From Tubulanus polymorphus (taxonomy: Eukaryota > Animalia > Nemertea), in NCBI RefSeq assembly GCF_964204645.1, contig NC_134030.1, positions 8,705,122-8,769,121 on the forward strand: DNA of 64,000 nucleotides, in the 5' to 3' direction. Made by a program: the position numbers and the translations under genes. This document shows positions 49,401 to 60,724 of this stretch, piece by piece; the stretch's first letter is position 1; each line of letters begins with the position of its first letter. The notes beneath the pieces were generated by a model that saw only the letters and a program-made list of their open reading frames with translations, did not search any database and was not told the DNA's origin.

Positions 49401-51347
49401 TTATTTTTCACGACGAAAACCTAATCGATACATAAAACAGAACCAGTAGAATACGTGGCATACTTATCAGCCCATACCAAGTAAAAAATACATTTAGGCA
49501 CCTATGAATTATAACCTTATTAAATTCAACTATTTTCATTAGTCAATCCCGATATAAGGAGTTATCTAGGATAAAATTCTGCATCACTTTCAATCTCAAT
49601 TACTGTAGACTCCTCCGAAATCATTACTGTTAATCAATTGGTGGTGTTGTGACCTAAGTTTTACTCCTATGCACTAGGGCCTACATAAACTAGCAACACA
49701 AAAATTCCCCATTGCCTATTTCTCAAAATATTAGGAGTTATGGTAATCTCGCTCAAATTCATTTAAGGAGTTTCAAGCACCCTTTAAACATTTTCGATTA
49801 AGAAGACATTTTTGAGGAAGCAGAAAATGTCAGACATTCCCTGCTTCAAATTTTGGTATATCAGCGTTAAAACTTTCCATCCAATACATTCGCACTGATA
49901 TTCTTCTAAGGTTAAAAGCTCACCTCTCGCGGAACAGCTCGTTTTGATTCCACTGTTCGGCCATCAATTGTATGAGGCTTAGTTCGCTGTATTTCATCAA
50001 CTGCATCAGCCTTGGCAAAGGTGACAAAGCCAAAACCTTTAGATCTACAATAAGCAATATTATACCAGTCAACAAACTCTGATGATCTCAATGATGAATA
50101 ATGGAAAACAAAATGAATGAGCACAACATCAGTTTTGGCTTATAACGGGGCAAAAACTTTTTCTTCATAATTACATGTGGGCCTAATATCTTAATTTTTT
50201 TAAATCATTTTATCTAATGCAAGCTGTATGATATATATTCAAGGAAAAATTCAAGAAGCAATGGTAGCTCGAACATCAGTTTTCAGATATGCCAAATGTA
50301 ACTTTCACAGAATAATACAGGGATGCTGAATCTGAATGTAATTTTGTAATACTTCATTACTGAAGTAATGAGATTTTTTTTTCAGAATTCTGGGTTTCAT
50401 TAGAAGTTATTCCATGGAATGACCAATTTACGCAAAATATCCTTTGAATAATATCATGTTAGGTTTTTAAGCAGTTATCTCAATAACAAGATATCCATTG
50501 AATTAGATTTAAAGGATAATGGTTTTATTTTGTTATCTATATTACTTAATTACAAGGTATCAATTTAATTATACATTTATGCCAAATATTACCTAGGTTT
50601 TCAATTTTGTTTATTATAACAGCTTATTGAAACCGGGAGCAAAATATTGTGTCCAGGGATTGATAGGGAAACAAAAAATGTTCTGAAATTATAACTCTCG
50701 CAGCAACGTACTTTCGGGTATTGTTGTCACGAATTACAACGACATCCAATATCTCTCCGTATTTGCCATAGTACTTCTTCAGCACATCTTCATTTGTGTC
50801 ATAACTCAGGCCACCAATAAAAAGCTTTCGCAACGCTTCACATTCCATCTAAAAAAATACACAGGAAATAAGTTCCAAGATTCTTTCTTCAATTTGGCAA
50901 TTATTTATGATATTTTTTAACAAAATTGATTGGAACATTGTTATTTAACAGAACAACTGATCCCCTTTGTCTCGATTCAGATTCATATTCATGTTCAATT
51001 CTTTATTACAACTTAGAAGTTTTACAGTAAAACATACAAGTACATAATGCAATACAGGAAAAAAAAGGACAATTAATTTTACAGAGTAGAAAATTACAAT
51101 TTAAAATTTAAAAGAAACATATAGCATATAGCAGCCACGACGAGTGCCCACAATAAAAAAAATCGGTAGTTAGTACGACTACGAATTTGCAACCCATAAA
51201 AATGCGAAAAGCAACATCAAAAGCCCCATTTTTAGGTTCAAACACATTCTATATCATAGATAGAAACAAAATACAACTTAATCGACTTAACAGACAGTGA
51301 TCTTAGCGTAAAAAAGAGGTTTGATTCGGGAAACTTACATCAGCCAT
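34431..51347 (-). CDS. HNRNPA1: hnRNP A/B family protein (A1/A2B1/A3 co-ortholog): two RRMs, a long Gly/Tyr/Asn-rich domain and an M9-like PY-NLS; 619 aa if all exons are used
   Basis: Coding exons: 51339-51347, 50712-50848, 49924-50044, 49044-49254, 48508-48672, 47623-47796, 47448-47549, 47274-47357, 47133-47192, 46982-47041, 46476-46793, 45677-45913, 34633-34764, 34431-34480. All are GT-AG, total 1860 nt, in frame. RNP motifs [15 protein letters not shown] and [21 protein letters not shown]...RQSGGPY; the protein ends YGRR*. Confidence 0.92.
35317..36312 (+). CDS. Intronless rhodopsin-class GPCR, paralog 2 (antisense, inside an hnRNP intron)
   Basis: 331-aa ORF with GNSATF, LSACD, ITLERA and NFYIY. 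Clearly paralogous to GPCR1 and GPCR3 but more divergent. Confidence 0.92.
   Translation: MDDLRLINPRLGGIMNSTGVFMERPFASYVLLMSLEDQTPGNERRSSIAVMLVVFVAGVFGNSATFMIMTSRRFRHLSYANYLIVLSACDFLICNYYTSMPLVQFILLHISSAPIMIMKSVMSCRFYEFVLNFFGFTSSWLLVAITLERAAVVLFPFTARLVCTPKFARCVILFIVALNAVFLPIHPSKKLFFHDEHGCFYEVVENIFPLFVTMIVSTYFLPIFLIVTLNSIITVQLLRGSKVASTEINKSAKAKRTTVMLVTVSLTFAVLTIPSTMIPYLPFSLKLKLYLLSIFTQLLSCNYSVNFYIYLLLGKEIRAYFVGKICASKAE
37482..40409 (-). CDS. DIRS copy 2 ORF3, tyrosine recombinase
   Basis: Same motifs as copy 1; frame intact. Confidence 0.92.
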   Translation of the reverse strand: MSAAGSNPLVRPLWRRLALPGRLSGLPSPFPKATAPDEVTSRHAAKTRSGGLNLSGSQGTGREGSDRTSLQRNFSRLVFSNIHGTKGHRGSTDSDRSVIPQSAPRHSKVPDDQAQGRDSRAPSGSMGGFIGPERCLLSGSNSPKISAISQDKVERPPVPIQVSSIWPQYGPVGFHQVGQVSSEGTSVKGCSTVRLPRRLVNSREFGSGMSGGNDLSLGRSPSARVPRKQGKISVDAGPTVHLSRHGLRSPNRQSLSVYGSSGQTSRSCSGSVHNPENSSLLVTASRLHQLHGSGGALRPPQKQALATILEGLLVSVEGQLGGLDSRTSNRSKSGSSVVGGHYESSARGVTSPVRGSSSCIHGCQSPRLGGTSGEPSQSREMVSLRGHQPHKFPRNAGRVEGPEVLSQESGGPPRLASHRQFNSEGLPPEPRGHSLRNPHRSVGQNSSLVPDKGRVPDCGTFSREKERDGRCSVSSRSGYCDRMGSPPRSSRSGSGHFWQSAAGSVCHPVQSEVSSVCVPVSRRGSVGGRCLLSGLVGDACVCVPAHTSPAALTGSNREISQLQHSSGSTMLAGSEMVPTTSQPTVRQPQDSSEFPIASVSGDLSASSKQPVVKSARLAIVQRSLSASGFSEQAASFIAGSKRPSTSTIYDAKWSHFADWCAAGEIDPCSPSVAQLADFLLHLFVAKGLQVITIKGYRSAISHTLRASGWPNVAGDHRISQLVAGFSISRPRVTRTVPPWDLSVILKKLMEAPFEPLSAASFANLSKKTVFLLFLACSARRSEIHALSVRPGHIVFGPANEFVSLRPALEFLAKNQRPGSVGRQWRIKALKHRVEPGIPDRTLCPVRALCFYLDRSASRRGSRERLFIPLLDHLKGDISRDTVARWVSSMIKDILLKENLSSEGVVSHQVRSMATSCAAFSGAPLEEVCRAAFWNSPSTFTSFYLRDVSGQLGSLASLGPVVMAQGVRSFRSDPLV
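38393..40564 (-). CDS. DIRS copy 2 ORF2, RT-RNaseH-methyltransferase-like
   Basis: YLDD, FTDAS and DLFA...YAFPP; frame intact. Confidence 0.95.
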   Translation of the reverse strand: MPVGELARNFNNRVKPRPVVTVPVRIEARGRLQKGALPFGKTRNEFLGPVGGCLQQAATHWSDLFGDGWPSRVVSRGYRLRFLRRPRLMRSPPDMRPKPGQEALISPALKELAEKGAIEPVCNETSPGWFSRIFMVPKATGGQRTVIDLSSLNRHLDIPRFRMTKPKDVIQGLRPGQWAASLDLKDAYFQVPIHPKSRRFLRIKWKGRQFQFRSLPFGLSTAPWVFTKLVKSVQKVLQSRGVRLFVYLDDWLIVANSAQECREAMTSVLDVVHQLGFRVNREKSQLTPAQQFTYLGMDFDLRIGKVFPSMVRVAKLQEAVAGVSTTPRTARYWSRLLGSISSMGLVVPLGRLRSRRLQQYWKVFWSQSKGNWEALIPVPPTDLSPDLQWWAATTNLRLGVSLAPLEAPVRVFTDASHQGWGAHLENRVKAGKWSRYEATNHINFLEMLAVWKALKFFHRRVEGHHVWLATDNSTVRAYLQNQGGTHSETLTGLSAKILLWCQTKGVSLTVAHLAGKRNVMADALSRRGQAIATEWVLHQEVADRVRGIFGNPLLDLFATRFNRRCPLFVSPFPDAEAWGVDAFSLDWSGMHAYAFPPTPVLPRLLDQIERSVNCNIVLVAPCWPAQKWFLPLLNLLCDNPRILPNFPSLLSQGIFRHHPNSQWLNLLAWPLSSDPCQLQAFQNRLPPLSQDLSGHQQVPFTMPSGVILRIGVLQGKLIHAHPL
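40431..42680 (-). CDS. DIRS copy 2 ORF1, gag-like
   Basis: Two amino-acid differences from copy 1; frame intact. Confidence 0.88.
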   Translation of the reverse strand: MPPPPKGQHRGGEGCGHLFGAWDNHDSCASCRRKSGQICARSNPCNICVVWSEDLWLRADKALKLRDRRRVSRDSSVSADVPTDVSNPVSYRKAERSPVVQVRSASQLRSPGKNAGSPAPVSGHSPVSGRSPVRPVRPVQTTCSEPSARRGSRERPAPVRSVPVRSGSGIGPVRSGSATGPVQTSSGTKHPVRSSSDSDRRSGDRARSPTRFRRRERNKRARSPSRRSRFDRERDYDRYCRKFRRRSSHRSSTSVSDESDSSSRSRSRSRDRHRSRHDRRDTGKYLTQKDFHVFEEKILNLLSSSQQVAATSTTGKPIPDCPVRSSPAHSVFRNSDSEFLDAAVGSDFNEDPVPEAAIPSGVVPVASNCGLPQTMGASLARNVSPSRSVLSEPAGDMPFRAMISEFFVKHGATRAKPTAAPLVGESMEAYRPPDSDLNVLRESSAVSREWARLDTQLWGECRPGTFSFPPPERGMKSGKYFSSTDPPIGAFRSAYYATPGAVDHSHNCLDADYTLISPDTVTAQSGIRLPKSGLVAMTSILDNLTRVGSFQDMALKVLTGELRETHAAVHAGSDPESVALKLEGMDRIIQSLARSVSHVIPLSVRGQANLVLASRQSVMDSSAKTRLPDMVSNALLRAPLGTSSRLFSGWCAPVSAELRKIREVQAKSNPRTPWKKRSGPTPAAQGSARTQTGPSQTSALSQAASDAGWRTSAQLQQSCQASSGRNSSGSYRGKGKAPKRGSSFRKNSK
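44197..45147 (+). CDS. Intronless rhodopsin-class GPCR, paralog 3 (antisense, inside an hnRNP intron)
   Basis: 316-aa ORF, closest to paralog 1. Its upstream flank (43940-44197) is homologous to 22115-22185 joined to 28310-28497. Confidence 0.92.
   Translation: MNSTQVKLYRPFSSFYLLMSVEHQSPGNNRTISIVIKLIIFIAGVFGNSATFMIMTSRRFRYLSYANYLITLSLCDFISLLYLTLMPTLQFVLLHVSRGPTFIMKSRLSCSFYEIMLATTGFSSSWLIVAISLERTAVVLFPFTSRLVCTPKFARCVIAFIFATNAAFLPIHPTIKIHFLDKQGCFYESIARSYYVMITLHYFLPLILIVSFNSITTVQLFRATKVASTDNKTGKTKRTTVMLVTVSLTFAALTIPNVVNPLLPIDQKLKDILTNAFTQMMACNFSINFYIYLLLGKEIRTYFVEKTCASKKMNQF
45210..45389 (-). mobile_element. tRNA-derived SINE-like element
   Basis: Minus-strand head GGCGCAGTGGTTGAGTGG (A box) ... 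GGTTCAAACCC (B box), followed by a non-tRNA body. The left boundary is approximate. Confidence 0.55.
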
Positions 51348-51680
51348 TGTTAATCTTTGAGTTGCGCGAATGTCGAGAGATGGCGTGGGCTCGGTCACGT
51401 GACGCAGAATCTTTCGGCAATTTCCGTAAAATTTAATTTTCAAAGTTAAAATTAATCGAGTCAGAATTTTTCTAATAAATATATACGTTGGAAATCATCT
51501 TTAAGAAATTATCGTATTGTTTTCTTTGTAAAACTATTCCTGGTCTTCGTTTTATCGTCGATGAATGATTCCCGCCGCGGTGAATGCGCATGCGTCTCCC
51601 CCGGTAGATTGGAAGAAAATTTTTCCTTTCACTGCGTCAAAAATCTCTTTTCTAGCCTAATTTTATTGACTAGGAAGGTA
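51348..51680. promoter_or_regulatory. Bidirectional promoter region shared by hnRNP (-) and HP1/CBX (+)
   Basis: CpG-rich patches with YY1-like AGATGGCG (51378), palindromic E-box GTCACGTGAC (51394), E2F-like TTCCCGCC (51569) and NRF1-like TGCGCATGCG (51585). The first plus-strand donor is at about 51678. Confidence 0.7.
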
Positions 51681-52657
51681 GGGTATCTAGCTATCTAGCA
51701 TGGTAAGACACTGATGATTATTTTGTCTATTTCTGTTTTCAGGTCGTCGTTCGGGTTGTTGAAAGGTGATCAGTGAAAGAAAATGTTTGCTGTTTGATTT
51801 GTCAACTTAGTCTGTATTTAAACCGCTTGATATTAAGGCGGTCAGTGTTTCACTATTTACCAAGCCTTTTTCTTCAGCCTTACATTCACCTCGGATATTA
51901 ATGAAATAACTTCAGATTTATTTGTAGTTTCGAAATCTGCTGTGGTAGTGTTGTTCTGATGTAAACTAATCAATTTATCTTTCTCTTATTTTCACTTGAA
52001 CTCGAAACATTCTCATTCATTTCATTCCCCTGAGCTGAGGAGAATCTAAGGAGAATCCACTGTATATGATCTAGCTGATAGAGTAAAGGCCAAATGCCCT
52101 GCGATTAAAACATTATCAAATCTGTCTACTACTACTACTACTACTACTACTACTAAAATAGACAAATATCGCATGTCATATCAACATTGCGATGACTGAA
52201 AGACCAACAGTGATCATAGGTCGTAATTACAAATTATTATTATATCCTCATCATCTATCCTCTATCGCTTTAAGCCCTTTTCAAAGAGGGAATCAATGGT
52301 ATTAACTTTCTCTTAACGTGTGATACTAGTATCAGCTTATTTTCATCACTCGTGACGGCAAAAATCTCTATAGGGCCTTATAGGACGGGACTACAGTTTA
52401 GGTAATGTGGCCTAACAATAGTGACACAGCAGACCCAAACTGAAAAGCTAGAAGTTGAACTGTTAACAAACTGTAGTGTAAATATAATTCAAACAATGAC
52501 AATTTGACAATGACAAGTTTTTCTGCAGTCATTAATCCTTATACTCTGAAAACTTAAACTAGGCCTGATTTTAGGAGGCCATGATTTTAGTTCTGGCCGT
52601 TCTGAGTAGAAGTCTTGATTTTCTGCTAATTTCGCAAAATCGTTTTCTTATCACTAG

Positions 52658-54551
<1,894 letters not shown>

Positions 54552-57500
54552 TTCAGCGTACGATCGTCATCGAGACTTTCGTCTGCATTTTTAATGCCGA
54601 TCGGATTTTTTAAAACGTAAAATACTGAATGAAAACAAGTGGTCGCGACTTGGATTATCTCGATACCGTTATTAATTGTTTTTAAACGTACATGTATTGA
54701 ACAGAACAGTGGCACGATTTGATGTAATAATGTAAATTTGTTGTACGACCCAAGTTAGCCGTTAGATATCTGCCGGTGTGTTTCGATATCGAAGGCTAGT
54801 GTACCGGTATATGTAATCTTTGGATTATAGGCCTACATCTGGTGCTTGTAGGATCCTCCAAATAAGTAATCTTTCACTCGTGTCTGAAAATGGAGGAAAA
54901 AAAGCTATGCTGCAGATCCCAACCAGATTTCGAAGATGTCAAGTTCACTACAATCTCATCGGCAAATGAATATTTTTTTTAATTAGATTACATTCAATCA
55001 TCTCATCATTGAGGAGATAATTTCAATTGACGAACACTTATCTTAGTATTTTTGTAGCTATATGGAAATTCCATTTTTTGTGTGTTGGCAATTATTATTC
55101 ATAAAATCATTGCAACTGTTTAATATATGTATGTCAGCTGTTGTATGGTATATGTAGTATTATGCCATCTATTGCATCAGTAGTTCGGAGCAGAGTCGAG
55201 TAACTAACTTACAGTTGCATATTATCGATGTTGTTCAACTAAAAGTCATGCTCGATATATTTTTGGATTGTCTTTTTGCCATTATTTCTATAAATTCTAA
55301 ATCAGCCAATTGAAAGATAATTGATGGTTGTATTACAGTGTGCAGGCCTGTGCTGAGGTGTGCGGGGGTTGGGCAGTAGTGAACGAACCCCCTAAAATTT
55401 TGATGTACCCTTCAAAAGTTGGTGTAAAAAAATTTTGACCAAGATTTTTTTTTTTTGAAATTTCGATCAAGATTTTCATGTTTCCATTAACAAGTAATCC
55501 ATTCACTAATGATTTATCCAGGTTTCACTGTGAAAAAGTACCCTTTTTCTTGAAATCGACCTGCCCCTCAAAAAATGCTCGGCGCAGGCCTGATAGTATT
55601 AGGAGATCATTTTATATTCTTTGTCATCACCTTGGCTGCTTAAGTTTCATAAGCAGATACTTCACTTACTAGATACAGTAGATACTGCTTGTCTCTGATC
55701 TAATGGGACAAATAAAGTTTGCTGCGGGGCAGTTGGAGCAATGATGGATCATCATCAACTCGTTTAGAATAGGTACAATTAAAAATAATTTCGGGAAATA
55801 TGCGATAATCAGTGACGTAGGCTCTGTGGCAGGCTTAGGCATGTATGTGGTATCGACCTATCTGATTCATTATGAAAGCTTGGTTATTATTGGGTCGCTT
55901 CCTATCATGACCCGTCGCTGCTTCAGGTCGCTGCTTCAGGCTACTACTTACGAATCGTTAACCTGATAGAGTCCTGGAGTAGGTGACATCGTGGTACCAC
56001 TGTACTGTTCCGCTGTCAGCATTTACTTTTTTATAGAAGAAACACGAGAGAGGTAATCGTGTATTGTAAATATTATAATTTTTTATCATGTTTTGTTTAA
56101 ATGTGTAACTATGTCACTGGGCTGGAAGAGGTCATTGATACTTGATTGATTATTCAGATGATATTTCCGATTTTGCAGAGTTCCTGTTACTATCCTGACC
56201 TCTGAACTAGTTCATCTTAGTAGTAGATATATCTGTAAATGTCTTCAGCATTTTAATTAAAATTCTTGTGTTCCAGCGCATAATTATGATGTACTACTTC
56301 GATATTCGTTTTTCATGCTGAACTGATTGCAAACTTAATTTAATATCTTGAAGATCACAGTGTTTTGTTAACTTTTGGAACAGCTCTAGTGTGTCATCAC
56401 ATAAAATGATTATCATCATGTACAAATAAATTCGTAAATATTGTTTCATCTGACTTGTGTGTTTTATTTAATTATTGGTTGCCGACGTGTATGTGAGGGA
56501 GGACCTTGATATTAGATCGTGTCATTTTTGCTGCAGTTCTTTGGTATATCTGAGTTTACCCTTTAATTAAGAAATTGATGGACCCTGTCCCACTTAACGT
56601 ATAAATGGATTTTTGTAAAAGCGTGATAGTGGATTCATCATTTGGTAGTGTAGTGCACTGATAATGGTTTCTGTTGTAAGCGGTGAAGCACATTAGTCTT
56701 TTTTAATGTCCATGCTTCAGTGGAAGATACGAGATAGCTATACCGACCTTCGATAGAGATGGAGCGGTACCGATTCCCATTGAAAAATTAGCCTCTATGG
56801 GGAGTTAGGATGATACTGCGAACATACGTTACATTGCCATGATGAATTTTGCTTTCCCTGTGACATCCTCCCCCGGCTGGGATTCGAACCTGATAGCATC
56901 GAGATTACCACGGTTCGTGCCCGTATCGCAAGATGTTTTGCGTACAGTAAATTCACCAATTCCCATGATCCGAAAATCAAGGAAAGCGAACATTTTTCTT
57001 TGACAAAAAAATCATTAATTTCCCCTTTTATACAGACAGTTTCCCTAACGTTCCCCTGTTCTTCTGAAATTCATCTACTTTCTGGCAAAAATAGAACACT
57101 TAAATGTCCATGTATTATCAGCCTATCTATTTTTTCTGCACTGCGTATGTACGGCTCCTACCGCAGCTTACTGTTCCAAATCCCCAATACCTATTCCTAT
57201 AGCACATTATATGCCTGATAAACCATAAATTGTCATATGTACTGATGTAAATCATCGAACATCGTATTTGTAAACAAAATCATGTCCCCCTCCGCACCGA
57301 TGGAAATGGAAGGGGAGTAATGACATTTATCTTATCCTCCACTATCAACTACCCCATGTATATACAGTCAGTCCCCGATATACAACCCACATCGGTTTTG
57401 GCGGTATGGAGAGTATTGCGGTATATCGGGGGTGTTTTATGCATTTGTATAGAGAGGTACATTGAGAAAACCTGGCGGTAGGCGGCGTCGGTGGCGGTAT

Positions 57501-59866
57501 AATGGAGGGCTCCCCTTTTGAAAAAAATTTAATACATATCCATAGAATCCTCCACTGGACTAATAAGCATTGCGTCAGTTTTGTTTATCGTTATTTCTAT
57601 GTATCGGTTTTCCACTTAAGATAACTGCCCTATTCTGACCCCATCCCCATATACATAATGGCAGACTACCTCTTAATACTCAGTGAAAGTTTTCTTGTCC
57701 GATCATACAATTGTCCTGCGTTTAACCGAAAAGAAACGAAAAGGTCAATCTTGCGTTGCGAATTTTAGCTTTATTGTAAATAGAAATAACTTTTGATTTT
57801 GTTAAATTAGGTACATTGCATACAAAAAGAGAACATATTAAAAAGTAATGGCACAAGTTAAAGCGTTACATCTTCCAATAGGTAATACATAGTATACAGT
57901 GTATATTTAGATGCAGAGACATACGTAGGAAACTTTGCGACATTTTATTGCATATAGTCTCACACAGAAAGCTGGGTTTTGAAAGACTCTCAGCATTAAA
58001 CCTGGTTTCCGCTGAGAATTCCAACCGATACAAAAGGGGCTCGATCAAATCGAGGTTGCAGGATGCCCAGGGGCGGATTTAGGGGGTGGGCTCGGGGGTG
58101 GACCACTGCACTCCTGCACTCCTGTGCTCTTTTCGTCAAGTCAAGAGATAGTAAAAGCCTGCAAATCTGACACTCATTCTCTCGGGATTTGCATCTTTTA
58201 GGACGTATTTCTTCAAAAATATATTAGAACACCGACGGTGGGACCTACCAGTGGCCTTATAGCTGCTTTATCCGAGAAATGCTCATTCTTTTCTTCTGGG
58301 ACCCGCCCCGGTGGTTCCCGCGTTCTCGGTCTGCGGGATAAGACATGTATAGAGTACGTATAATCTCTGAAGCTCACTTCAGCTCTTCATTGTCCGTCCT
58401 CTTTATGTATTATTTTCTGCTACAATGTAATACACAATAAATATATTGTCAATACCCTGCCAATACCCTGTTCCCTAACTTGACATCATTAATGTATTGG
58501 GCTATGAATACATTGTACTACCGATCCAATATATATATATATATATATACATGAATATTTAGATATATTGTAGTATGAAAAAAGAACGCATGAGCCATCG
58601 TATGACGCAATGTACAACCACGAAAGACACACTGAGATCATTTGACTCCTTACAATACTTGAACCTTCACTGGCGACGGCCCATCGAAAGGCCGAGGTCT
58701 CGGTCACTGACTGGTGAGGTCTCATCATAAACATGCATTTATACTACATTTTTTGGTAACAAAAACGAACTAGAGGTCCAGGGACACCGTAACCACTTGG
58801 TGAAATGCCTGACAATCTGACGACGTGTCTCAATATCTAAAGTGATGAACAAATACAGAGAAACCGAATAATCTTGTAACTCCACAATCATAGAACACGC
58901 CGTGAGCTCAGCTGATATGTTAAAGATGACTTCAAATGGAAAATGACAAAGGCAAAGCTATCACCAGTATGTCACATGAAACATCAGGAAAATTGATGGA
59001 AGCGACTTAAAAATTTTCTCTTGAAAAAAATGTGAAAAAGTGCGGATTTTAACGAACAGTGGCCGTCAGTCAACCATCTTGATTCTGATCGGGCCAGTTT
59101 TGACCATGTATCTAGGGTAGATAAACGTATATACACACCAAATATCGAGAAAATCCATCGAAGCACCTTCCAAACTTTACAACATAACTGGATTCTGTCT
59201 ACGGACATACGAATAGTGAACGCAATAGCGCGCTGAAACTTACAAGTGGGCTCAAAACTACTATACGGGCAACGCTGCTTTGTAAAATGACAAATTAGAT
59301 TCTTCTAAATGACATCAAACATTATGCGTTTACATTATTATTGCATCATCACGAATATTGGTGGGTATAAGAACTAAACAGTTACGTACTCAATGCATCA
59401 AATGCATGAAACCAATATGTAGTTGACCTTTAATAACTGTACTAGGTTTCTGACCAGTAAATTGGTTAAGAAGGGTAGGAGTGAGAAAATGGGACATCAC
59501 TATATTGTTTTATAGAATATACATCTTAACACATTTGTTCTGGGACATGACCCAATTGATAAAAGCACTCGTTATCATTATCATATATTCTGATTCACAA
59601 TTCTGGAAATTAACGTGGAGCAGGAAATAAAGCCCCACCCTAATTCCAAAAAGTATTGTATCCTATCTATAAAATCTGGATCAGAGAAGCCTTCTATCAC
59701 GACAAAGGAAAGGGGATAATTTCTAAATCATCATTTCAACAGCTGGTATAAGATTGATCGGACATGGCAGGCGGGCCCTCTATTCATATACACGAAGTTG
59801 CATCATAATTTCTTTACAGTATTAGCAGCCTTTTATACATATGTACACATGGCAGCCATTTTGGAT

Positions 59867-60724
59867 TCAAGACTTTTTACTTTTACTCAGAACAACTAAT
59901 ACTACAACTATTACGAGTATAAATATAAGCAGAAAGCCGGCGGCTAGAACTGCCGCTAAATATTTTCGTGGCTTCGATTGATTATAGTACTGCGCGTTTT
60001 TCTCTTGTTCTAGCTCGTCGAGAAATTTCACACCCGGTTTCTGTAAATCCAGATCCGACTGTAACGATGTAGTGTAGTTTCCGCAATTTTGACAACGTTC
60101 GGAATCCGTACTTATGATTGAAACTTTGCGTCGCGGTCGAGCTAAATAATCACTCGGTGGTTCGTTGCTCAAATAGTTCACGCGGCCGTAGTCCAACGAA
60201 AACGAGCGCGGTTTCTTCTTCATTATGCTGTACGGCGCGTGCGCTGTAGACGTACCACCGTCGTCCGGCGTGGTGGCATTTCTTGCGCCGTGATTTGATT
60301 TCGACGGCGAATAATCGTTTGGAACAAGTTTTTCGATTTCCGGATCTTTTTTGTGACTACAAGTACATAAATCATCCGCCCGAATTGTGTCATCAGAAGC
60401 GCATTCTTTGACCACTTCGAGCCGGCCACCGATAGGCGGACTCTGTTTTGGACTCGGTCGATGGCTTCCAACGTCCGAATTTTCGATCACGACCTCCAAA
60501 TTATCGCTTTCCGGTGAATCGCTAACATCCGGTAATGTCACCACCTCTTTTACCGTTTCCAAACGGCCAGCCATTAATGCACTCGAATTCGGACTCTGGC
60601 GAGGATTCGAAGCCTCGGCCACCACCAGCGCATCAGGCTGTTGGGCCTTCTTTGGACTTGGACTTGAAGCACTTTCATCCTTTACAGCCCCTAACTCCAA
60701 TATTGCCGCATCAATGCCCGCCAT
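59867..60724 (-). CDS. Uncharacterised tail-anchored membrane protein, 285 aa
   Basis: Ser/Pro-rich N-terminal region, one very hydrophobic C-terminal helix (YLAAVLAAGFLLIFILVIVVVLVVL) and a basic tail SKSKKS. A 5'UTR acceptor (ctgac...ccctatAG) lies at 60781-60782. Confidence 0.8.
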   Translation of the reverse strand: MAGIDAAILELGAVKDESASSPSPKKAQQPDALVVAEASNPRQSPNSSALMAGRLETVKEVVTLPDVSDSPESDNLEVVIENSDVGSHRPSPKQSPPIGGRLEVVKECASDDTIRADDLCTCSHKKDPEIEKLVPNDYSPSKSNHGARNATTPDDGGTSTAHAPYSIMKKKPRSFSLDYGRVNYLSNEPPSDYLARPRRKVSIISTDSERCQNCGNYTTSLQSDLDLQKPGVKFLDELEQEKNAQYYNQSKPRKYLAAVLAAGFLLIFILVIVVVLVVLSKSKKS

